A stretch of DNA of 62,888 nt, counting the filler. It is 9 parts of 9 records of this genome, joined end to end, with 100 filler letters (N's around TTAATTAATTAA, not from the genome) between each part and the next. Parts side by side here need not be neighbours in the genome. Positions count along the whole stretch, not along the records: positions 45,076 to 56,608 come from SRR7504441_1405; positions 56,709 to 62,888 come from SRR7504441_1407; 7 more parts are not named here. One strand, 5' to 3'. Numbering within the stretch: the first letter of the stretch is position 1; every line of letters begins with the position of its first letter. A program made the translations under genes and the position numbers. The notes beneath the pieces were generated by a model. The model was not told where the DNA came from and searched no databases. It saw only the letters and a list, made by a program, of their open reading frames with translations. This document shows positions 54,744-62,888 of this stretch, in pieces.

Positions 54744-56423
54744 ATGCAGATGAATGAGAGGCGGGCACTTTCATCTGTGCTGCTCTGGCTCAGCTGCTGC
54801 TGCTGCTGCACAGCGCTGCGGGCCACGGAACTGGCCCGGACTCAGATCTTCAGAGCCGCCAAGTTCTGCCCGGGGCACAACCCACCCCCGCCCGCCCCGC
54901 CCCACTTCCCGGGGCTCCGGCTGGCCGCGTGCAATCCGACCGACCAACGGCAGCGCTGGGACGTCTCCCCGTTTGTGCCCGGTGTGAGCGACCGGCAGCT
55001 GTCTCCCCGCGCCGACCACAGCGCGTGCGTGACGCGCGGCCTGGAGGGTGCGCCACTGACTGTCCAGAAGTGTCGGGGATATGCCGGCCAGCTGGACCCG
55101 TTGCAGCAGTGGAAGTTTACAAGCGATGGCATCCTCGCCACAGGAGACGGTAAGGGCTGCGCGGATGTCGGTACCGGCCCAACCACCGCGGGGGTGCTTT
55201 ATGCAGCTTTCCCGTGCAAGCAGGCTCCCAACGAACTGTTCAATTACAGCGTCGCGGCGGGCCTGCTCTCGTCAGGGTACAGTCGTAGCGCTCCGCTTTG
55301 CGTCGTGCAGGACGAGGCGATGGTCAGTCTCGACGCGAATAATTGCATTCCGTGGTCGATAGATCCACAAAATACTGAGCCCGGATGGTACTTTGATGCA
55401 GGAATGTGCGGAATGGTGCTCACGTCCAACGACACGCTGATAAGCATCCACGAGGGTGAGAAGTTTCACCACCAAGACGACAACAACCGGATTGACATTG
55501 TGATTCGCCGCTCGTTTGACCAAGGCAGGACTTGGCAGCCGTGGCAGCTGGTGCATACGGGCTCGAATGCTACGCATCAGGTGACCATAGGTCAGGGGAC
55601 GCCGGTGTTGGATCAGCACACCGGTCGACTGTGGCTGTTCATGACCCGCAACAACACATTCCTTCTGTTGACCTACACCGATGATCATGGCGCCACCTGG
55701 GCGCCTGTGCGGGACATCACAGCGGCATCAAAGCCCGCCAGCTATGGTTGGATAGCCCCAGCCTTTTCCGGAACCCAGCTTGCGAGCGGGCGGCTTGCAG
55801 TGTGCGCCGACCACATCGTCGGTCAGTGGACTGCGTACCCAATCACACACACGATCAGTTCTGTGATCACAAGTGATGATCATGGTGCTTCTTGGCAGTG
55901 GCAGCCGGCTGGCTCGCCCGACGGCGCTGAGATGAACGAGTGTGCGATCGCGGTGCTGCCTAACAACTCTCTCGTGATGAACGCTCGCAACTATATTGGG
56001 ATCGATAACCACACGGTCAAGAGGGCCATCATGTGGAGCCATGACGAGGGCCGAAGCTGGATCGGGCCGTATCTCGACCCTGACTTGCCGGATCCTGTGG
56101 TGCAAGGTAGCATGGTGGCTGGACTCCACACGCCAGCTGCACTAGGAATCGGCCAGCCGTTGTTCTTTACAAACGCACATTCAGAATGGGACCGAGCCAA
56201 TGACACGTTGATGATGTCGAGATCCGGTGGGGCAGGCTGGGAGCCGTTGCTGCAGCTGCAACACGGTTGCTCGGAGTACACTGGGTTGGTTCAATTTAGG
56301 GATGGCAGAATCGGGGCCGGGTTCGATGATGGCGGTCCTTTCCCTCCGAATTATACTCCTGGCAGGAACATATGCAAGATGATGACCAACAATGAAACCT
56401 TTGTGCTAGTTGGTTTGACCTAG
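54744..56423 (+). CDS. Secreted ricin-B lectin + GH33 sialidase-fold protein
   Basis: Signal peptide; QRW/QQW ricin repeats; Asp-boxes SFDQGRTW, TDDHGATW, SDDHGASW and SHDEGRSW; motifs NEC, MNAR and EY. Confidence 0.85.
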   Translation: MQMNERRALSSVLLWLSCCCCCTALRATELARTQIFRAAKFCPGHNPPPPAPPHFPGLRLAACNPTDQRQRWDVSPFVPGVSDRQLSPRADHSACVTRGLEGAPLTVQKCRGYAGQLDPLQQWKFTSDGILATGDGKGCADVGTGPTTAGVLYAAFPCKQAPNELFNYSVAAGLLSSGYSRSAPLCVVQDEAMVSLDANNCIPWSIDPQNTEPGWYFDAGMCGMVLTSNDTLISIHEGEKFHHQDDNNRIDIVIRRSFDQGRTWQPWQLVHTGSNATHQVTIGQGTPVLDQHTGRLWLFMTRNNTFLLLTYTDDHGATWAPVRDITAASKPASYGWIAPAFSGTQLASGRLAVCADHIVGQWTAYPITHTISSVITSDDHGASWQWQPAGSPDGAEMNECAIAVLPNNSLVMNARNYIGIDNHTVKRAIMWSHDEGRSWIGPYLDPDLPDPVVQGSMVAGLHTPAALGIGQPLFFTNAHSEWDRANDTLMMSRSGGAGWEPLLQLQHGCSEYTGLVQFRDGRIGAGFDDGGPFPPNYTPGRNICKMMTNNETFVLVGLT

Positions 56424-56579
56424 GCCGGTCTTTCGAGAATGATGAACGGCTGTGGTATGTATGTGGTACGGCTGTGGTGCGTGGGTATGGGTACGTGGCG
56501 CGCACGGCTGAGTAGGCGATTACTAATTAGTCTGTCTATCAGTGGCGGCAGTGGTGAGTGTAGACGTGCCGCATTAACC

Positions 56580-56608
56580 AGATCGGAAGGGCGTCGGGTA
56601 GGGAAAGA
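56580..56608 (+). other. Illumina TruSeq adapter remnant
   Basis: AGATCGGAAGGGCGTCGGGTAGGGAAAGA differs at two positions from AGATCGGAAGAGCGTCGTGTAGGGAAAGA and lies at a contig end. Confidence 0.95.
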
Positions 56609-56708
56609 NNNNNNNNNNNNNNNNNNNNNNNNNNNNNNNNNNNNNNNNNNNNTTAATTAATTAANNNNNNNNNNNNNNNNNNNNNNNNNNNNNNNNNNNN
56701 NNNNNNNN
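56609..56708. other. Artificial contig linker
   Basis: Same linker pattern. Confidence 0.99.
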
Positions 56709-58464
56709 GCGAATGGAGCTCGAGACCCGGCTGGAGGCAGGCAGCAAGGAAGCAGCGGCCCGGATCCGTGAGCTGGAGGAAGGGTTGAGCGATATGGGTA
56801 GGAAAGTGGCTGGGTTGGACCAGGCACAGGAGGCGATGGAGGCTGGTTACTCGGAGGCACTGCTGCTAGAGCAGCTTAGGTGCACAGGGCTTGAGCAGGA
56901 GAAGGAAGAGCTTAGAGCCGAGATGGTTGCGATTACAGACCAGGCAGCCGAGCAGCAGAGGCAGGCACAAGATGGGCTGCAGGAGTTTAGGCTGCAGCAG
57001 GAGCAGCATCTGGAGAAGCGGATGGCGCAGGCCGAGGAGGAGAGGAACAAACTAGTGAATAAGCTTGATATGTTCAAGGCAGCCACAATCAAAGCCTCCG
57101 AGCTTTCCGAGGCTGCCAGAGTCAAAGAGGAGCAGCTCTCAGAGAGATTGAGACTGGACCAGCAGCGGCTCATTAGCCTGGAGCAGCAAGTGCAAGTGTC
57201 CAAAAGAGAGATGGCAGCTGCTGATGCGAGGGCCAAATCAGCTCACAGTCACAGCAAGGAGCTGGAGACTGCACTGCGCATCATGGATGCCAAGTACGCC
57301 AAGCAGCTCCAGCAGGAGCAAGAGAAAACCAGAGCCTCTCAAAAGGAGGCGGTAATGATGGGTGCTGAACTGGCAGCCGCAGCAATCAAAGCCGCTGAGG
57401 AGCTGGAGCAAATGAGGGCAGAAAACATCAAGCTTGTTGCAGAGGTCGATGCAGCTCATAACAAGGTGGGAGCTGCAGAGCTCGGCAGGCCCGAGCGGGT
57501 GGCCGAGCTGGAGCAGCAGGTCCAAGAACTGAGCACCGGAGTCACCGAGGCAGTCAATGCGGCGCTTGAAGAGCAGCAGGCGCGCCTGGACAAGCAGCTT
57601 GTTGAAGCTCAATTGGCACAGCACAAGGAGGCTGCTAGAGTCAAGGCGCTAGAGGAAGAACTCTCCCAGGCCATCGAATCGCAGCACCAGGAGCTGCTGT
57701 CAACCAAGGAACGTACAAGCAGAATGCTACAAGAAGAGTCTGACAAAGCTTTGGCTGGATTCGCTGAAGCGATATTGGAGCACGTCAAGAAGGAAAACAG
57801 TGATCAGGATGAGCACCTGAAGCTGTGCTATGCGACGATGCAGGCAGCAGGCTTTGGCCAGGAGCACGCGACTGAGCAGGCTTCGCCCGGGCAGCAGGGA
57901 GGGGATATGGCAGGTATGGCATCAGAATCGTATGTGCAGAGATTGGAAGAAGAGTTGAGGACGGCGCAGGAGTGCTGCGAGGCGCTAGAGGCTGACAGAG
58001 GCCTGTGGGTTCAGTTCGTTCAGAGCATAGACGAACAAAAGGCCAAATCCCAGGCGAGAGAAGAATCTGAGACTGAAGCAAAACTGCAGAGAGAGAATGA
58101 ATGGCTCACACGCGAGCTTGAAACTGCTACAAGCGCCTTATCTGGCGCCTGCAAATCAGCTGACAGCCTGCTGGACGAGAACCGATGTCTTGAACATAAG
58201 AATAGGGAGCTCAACGAAGCTTTGGCAGCGAGTCGTGGTGATTTAGTGGAGATGAATGCACAGCTGGTATCCGTCCAAGCGGAATGTGCTCGGTTGAGCT
58301 CAAAGACTCTGCATTCCGATAACTGCCAGCCCAAGCTCACAGTGGCGGAATTGGAAACTCTTGCTGCAGATCGCCGACCACAGCGAGCAGCAAAGGCCAA
58401 ACGCCAGATAGGTCCTAACCGAGCTAAAGCCAAGCAAAAGACAAAAAGCCCTATGTGGAGATAA
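56709..58464 (+). CDS. Long coiled-coil protein, 5' truncated
   Basis: E/Q/A/K/L-rich heptad frame open from the contig edge. Confidence 0.8.
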
Positions 58465-58534
58465 CCTCAAGGGTCTGTCTACTATTTACGTAGTGTCGAA
58501 CTGATTTAGTTGAAATAAATTCTAGTTCTTAGGA

Positions 58535-59818
58535 CTAGAAGTGTAGCTCGATGGCGGCCACACTAAAAGCAGATGCCATGGTTGAGCACCCAGCGCCACA
58601 GCCGTCACCTTCGCAACCAGGCTGTGTTGGCGTGCGGTCGGCAAAGAGCAAGAACTGCCTAGGACCGGTCCGGAGCAGACGAGTATAGCCGGTTGTAAAA
58701 TCTTGATGCAACACGAGCTCATCCGACCAGGAGTGGCCAGCGTCCAAGCTCCAGGCGACAGCCACGCTGTTGCGCGGGTAGCTCAGCGCTCCGTAGCTGA
58801 CCACAATGACACCTGAGGAAGCATCGTAAGCAATCTGTGGGAAAACCCCATTTCCTACTGGCATCAGGGTCGCGGCCCAGCTCAGCCCAGCATCGGTCGA
58901 CCTAGCGAGCGCTAGTGGTGCTGTTCGGTAGTTGTGATTGGGCGAAAAATATAGATCCGACGAATCGATTTTCGGTCTGAAGACACTCGGCACTATGCAC
59001 TTGCCTGGGAGCTCCCTCTGGACATCCTCGTACGTGGACGCATTGAGACACACTGTGGCCGGATCGAGCGGCCGGGCTGCACTGTCGTCATCATTGCCAG
59101 ATGTGCGCGCCACTACCAGCCAGTGGCTCTCATTAAGAGCTGCCATTGCAGGCTCCGAGCCGTAATATAGCGGATCCCAGAAGTATTTCTCTTGCAGCTC
59201 CTCGGCCCCCGCGATTGTAGCCCTAGAGGCCGCTAATGAGAGGTAAGCAAAGTCGCCCAGGGCCACTTTACCGTCGCCGCTCCGCGTCAGTTCGGCCAGC
59301 GCTAGATGCGTCTCCCATAGCGAGCCGCTCACATTCTGTCGCCGCCACTCCACACCCGCCACCACACGCGCCTGCAGAATCATGGCCACCGCCCGGCCGC
59401 CGTGCGCTCTCGGCACGACTGCCAGGCCGTTCAGGAGCCACATATCCCTGGGCGGCAGGTCGGTCACAGAAAAGTTGCTCCGAGCCCCGGCGCTGGAGCC
59501 ATTCCAGCTCCGCGGCTCCCACCAGCACTGACCGGCCTGCAACTGGTCGCAAAAGCTCCACACCTCGCCGTCCAGTACAACTGCATTCGTCTGCGCCGGT
59601 GCCGCCTTCTCGGCGCACCTCCACGCACGGCCCGCGTCGTCGGAGTGGACGGTCGAGCAGGGCAGCCCGCTCTCGCCTCGAGCGGCGGCTGTCAGTACGA
59701 TGCGATCCTCAGACAGTAGCGCAGCCGGCGAGCGGGCTCGGAGCAGCACTGTGCGCCAGGGGGAGACCTCCACTGCACAGCAGGTGGCCACCGCGAACGC
59801 CGCAAACACCGCGCGCAT
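58535..59818 (-). CDS. Secreted BNR/Asp-box beta-propeller (sialidase-like) protein
   Basis: Signal peptide MRAVFAAFAVATCCA; HSDDAGRAW, RSTDAGLSW, WSLDAGHSW, SEP and GYT. Confidence 0.7.
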   Translation of the reverse strand: MRAVFAAFAVATCCAVEVSPWRTVLLRARSPAALLSEDRIVLTAAARGESGLPCSTVHSDDAGRAWRCAEKAAPAQTNAVVLDGEVWSFCDQLQAGQCWWEPRSWNGSSAGARSNFSVTDLPPRDMWLLNGLAVVPRAHGGRAVAMILQARVVAGVEWRRQNVSGSLWETHLALAELTRSGDGKVALGDFAYLSLAASRATIAGAEELQEKYFWDPLYYGSEPAMAALNESHWLVVARTSGNDDDSAARPLDPATVCLNASTYEDVQRELPGKCIVPSVFRPKIDSSDLYFSPNHNYRTAPLALARSTDAGLSWAATLMPVGNGVFPQIAYDASSGVIVVSYGALSYPRNSVAVAWSLDAGHSWSDELVLHQDFTTGYTRLLRTGPRQFLLFADRTPTQPGCEGDGCGAGCSTMASAFSVAAIELHF

Positions 59819-60768
59819 GGGCCGGAGAGATATGGCGTTGGCCAACTCATGAACTGGCAAAGACTACTGTCGTGTGGCGTGTCGTGTGGCGTGGACGAGC
59901 CGGTGCAGGCATGGAGCTTTTACGACCAGTTGCAAGCCGATCAGTGCTGATGTCAGTGCTGATGGGAGCCTCGGAATTCGTCGGGTCTCGAGCTCTGCAG
60001 TTATGTTCTGGATCTGTGGGCGGTCGAATAGCGAGATGAGCGATGATAGACATTGATATGATTTACTCGTATCATTTTGTCGAGCAAATGAAATGTGCAC
60101 GTTCGGGTTGTCATGAAGCATCATCACTTTTATGAATCATTAAAGCCCTCGTTGACAATGAGCAAGTGGCAGCACTCTAGCGGGAACGGCCCATATTCAT
60201 AAAACTGCTCGATTTCGGACTCCATGAACTCGGTAGTCACATAAACTTTAAACCCAGGGTGTACTTGATCGCAATCCATCAGCCCATCAAAGCTCCGCCT
60301 AGACAGTAGTTTGTCCCGATCTCTGGGCTCACTTGAGGCCAAGATCAGCCAATCACCTGAAACGTTTAACTCTGGTGACCCGATGGTGAAGGCTGAGGCA
60401 CTCAGGAAGCTGCTCCAGGAGGCCATCGGCCTCGGCACACATGCAGTCGCCTGTACAGTGCTCATCGATCATCCGCTCAAGGAACTGCCAACACGATCAA
60501 ATGGCAACTTCTCCAGATGGGCCACGATGCGCGACGACGAATCATATTGAACGAGCCGAGCTTTGAGCCGAGCCCGCCTGCCTCGACACTTCTAGTTCTT
60601 ACACTCACAGAGTTGGCTGATGGACGTGTCGTGATAAGCTCACCAAGCACAAGACTTGGACCTGCGACCTGTCACTCAGTGGTGCATGTGCATGGATCCA
60701 GACCTGGACCTGCGATACGATCCAGGCATCCCACGACGACAACAACAGCGCCCGTCCACACAGCGCCA

Positions 60769-62888
60769 ATGAAGAAGCGAAAGCGCGAGACCGGCAGCCC
60801 GGGGGAGGGCCTGTGGACCGACCGGTTCAAGCTGTCGCCCGGCACAGTCCGGGCGCTCACCGAGAGCCTGCAGTTTACCGCCTTCACCCCGGTTTGACGC
60901 GCGGGCGGCGGACCGGAGCTGGGTGCAGGTGCAGCTCAGCTGCCTGCCGCATCTGCTCAAGGGGCGCGACGTGGTGGCCAAGGCGCAGACCGGCTCGGGT
61001 GCACGGCGCTGCCGGTGGCTCGGCCCAGCCCGGCGGGCAGGCAAGACGGCGGCCTTCCTGATCCCGGCGGTGGAGCGCGCGATCAAGTTCGACCCTGACC
61101 TGCGCAAGGCGAGCCGCCGGAGCCCGCTCGGGCGACTGGGCGGCGGCAGGGCAAAGTGTCGGTGGTGGTGATGGCGCCCACCCGCGAGCTGGCCAATCAA
61201 ATCGAAGGCGAAGCCCGCAAGCTGGTCCTGTTCCAGCCGCTGGCCGTGAGCCTGGTGCCCGGCGGCTGCGGCGGCGGGCGAGCGGTGGGTAGGCGGTGGG
61301 CGGGTCGCGCAACACGCAGGACAATATGCAAGCCATCGGGAGGGCCGACCCGGATATCCTGGTCGGCACACCTGGCCGGCTGAGCGACCTGCTCGAGCAC
61401 ACAGGCGCTCAGAGCCGGCGCTGCGGGTTGAGCTGTGCGGCAGGGCTGCACAAGAGGATCCAACCAGGCTACCTGAAGATGGTGGTGCTGGACGAGGCAG
61501 ATAGACTGCTCGACCTCGGGCTTCTGGACACTGTGCGAGCCATCCTGTGAGCTCAGTGCATGCTCCGCTCTTACGCGGCCGCAGAGACAAACTTCCCGAC
61601 CCGGGCAAGCGGCAGACGGTGCTCTTCTCGGCTACACTCCCGGACAAGGCGCGCCCGTGGCTGGCGGCCCGAGCCCAGCCTGGGCTCCAGCTGCATGCAC
61701 TGGCCGAGAGTGCGCTCAAACCGGCGTATAAGTTCATAGATCTATCGGCCCCAGCCCAGACCGCCATTCTGGTCAGTGTGGGCTAGAGCAGCTGGTGTGA
61801 GCCGACAGCAGGTGAAGCAGCAATACGTGGTGGTGGGGCTCGGTCATATGGCCGCTGCACTGGTTGCGTTGATCCAGTCCGAGGTTGAGCAGCATTCAGA
61901 ACACAAAATCATCGTGCATTGTCCGTCGGGGTGCCAGCTGAATTGTGGCAGGTGTTCTTCCCTGCAGCACGGCTTGCCCAGTTGTTCGCCGAGCTCTTTT
62001 ATCATGCTGGGATCAAGGTAGACTTGCCCCTGCTGATTGTGCCCAACCACTGGGGTGAGGTGCTCCAAACGCACTCCAAGAAGGCTCAGACTCACCGCGA
62101 TCTAATCGTCGAGACCATGCAGCAAAGCTCGCGGGTGGTGCTGTTTGCCAGCGACCTGGCCGCGCGTGGCCTGCACTTTGACAATGTATGCGGCCCAGTG
62201 GCTATGCGTTGCTTGAGCGTTGGAGGCAGGTCAGCCTGGTGGTGCACTGCCATGCTCCGCCGTCAAGAGAGCAGTACATCCACCGCACGGGCAGGACCGG
62301 CCGTGCTGGGGCCTCTGGCAGGAGTGTACTGCTGCTCAGCACTCCGGAACTAGCAATACTCAAGACTGAGCTCAAAGGGCTGCCCATCGAGCAGCCTCGA
62401 GATGACTGGATGGCTCAAGAAGGCTGGTTCAGTGAAGTGAAGCCCAAGGTGCCACTGGCCAGGGATTTGTACAGGCTTAAGGATTTCCTTGTTTAGGTGA
62501 AACGTGCGCTGCGGAAAATGGATTTACCCACTCTCAGTCTTGGATATCAAGCCTGGTTGGGCGCTTATTGTGCGCTGCGCAAGCTGCTGGAATGGACCAA
62601 TGAGGAGCTTGTCGAGCACTGTAATGCGTGGATTGACGCGTTGTTGCAAGGCGCCGAGCGGCCCAGCTTGCCAGTACGAGCAATCCACCGAATGGGGTTA
62701 GGCGCTGCATTGGTAATGTGGTATTAAATGGTCTGGTGCAGGCTAGCCGGAGTAGATGGGATCAAGGTGCATGGCTCGCTCAAACCGGAAGCTCGTGAAG
62801 CTAATGATACTAAGAGCTCTAATAAGAGCAGCGTGCCTAAAAGCTCTGATAAGAGCAAGTTCAACAAGGGTGGAGGGTTCACCAAGGG
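60769..62888 (+). CDS. DEAD-box RNA helicase (Mss116/plant RH31-like), intron-rich, runs off the window
   Basis: Spliced AQTGSGKT, PTREL, TPGRL, DEAD, SAT, ARGL, HRTGRTGR and YQAWLG. Confidence 0.93.

Noticed and set aside
56580-56608. Distinct sequence at a contig end
   Set aside because: Illumina adapter read-through, not biological.
4807-56708. Regularly recurring TTAATTAATTAA flanked by N runs, resembling a repeat array or element end
   Set aside because: It is an identical 100-nt construct with stops in six frames, i.e. a concatenation linker. Gene neighbourhoods across it are not real.
59850-60760. Lower-GC region with short ORFs on both strands and a GTCGTGTGGCGT duplication; possible mobile-element relic
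   Set aside because: No transposase, RT or terminal-repeat evidence that I can recognise, so it is left unannotated.
194-62742. Uniform short introns as a possible introner transposon family
   Set aside because: Intron bodies share no sequence beyond splice signals, and I saw no terminal inverted repeats or target duplications.
5558-62888. Frame breaks and in-frame stops in TTLL, MORN1, kinase, helicase and ankyrin genes as pseudogenes, recoding or an alternative genetic code
   Set aside because: Nearly all resolve by removing GT-AG or GC-AG introns of about 40 nt. I found no conserved position needing stop-codon readthrough.
1-62888. rRNA, tRNA, snRNA, viral or prokaryotic defence loci
   Set aside because: None recognised by eye. 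A covariance-model search would be needed to exclude small RNAs in the AT-rich spacers.

Overview
This is eukaryotic, GC-rich protist DNA, not a prokaryotic locus. Nine separate contigs are joined by an artificial 100-nt linker (44 N + TTAATTAATTAA + 44 N), and an Illumina adapter remnant sits at 56580-56608, so gene order across linkers has no meaning. The genome is very compact, with about 40 genes. Many are broken by strikingly uniform 37-45 nt spliceosomal introns that lack a polypyrimidine tract and often use GC donors, so the six-frame ORF track misrepresents most proteins and I spliced them by hand. Most genes sit head-to-head across spacers of about 55-180 bp that almost always carry a YAACGG (Myb/MSA-type) motif. 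Recognisable conserved genes include SNIP1, ACL4, MORN1, MCRS1, a TTLL, a DEAD-box helicase, a C1A protease, an SLC22-type transporter, a JmjC protein, an epoxide hydrolase and an NAAA-like amidase. Several secreted carbohydrate-active enzymes are also present (GH67, GH2, a GH99/WbsX-like protein, two sialidase-fold proteins, GT14). The most unusual proteins are: an ASCH-NADAR fusion; a GH67 with a ricin lectin inserted in its catalytic domain; a half-size core methionine synthase; a BAF-like protein; a single-domain cation channel with a degenerate filter; a Pelle/RLK-type pseudokinase; and a kinase with two UBA domains and an LSD1-type zinc finger. All family calls come from motif recognition by eye. 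The taxon cannot be determined from this window.
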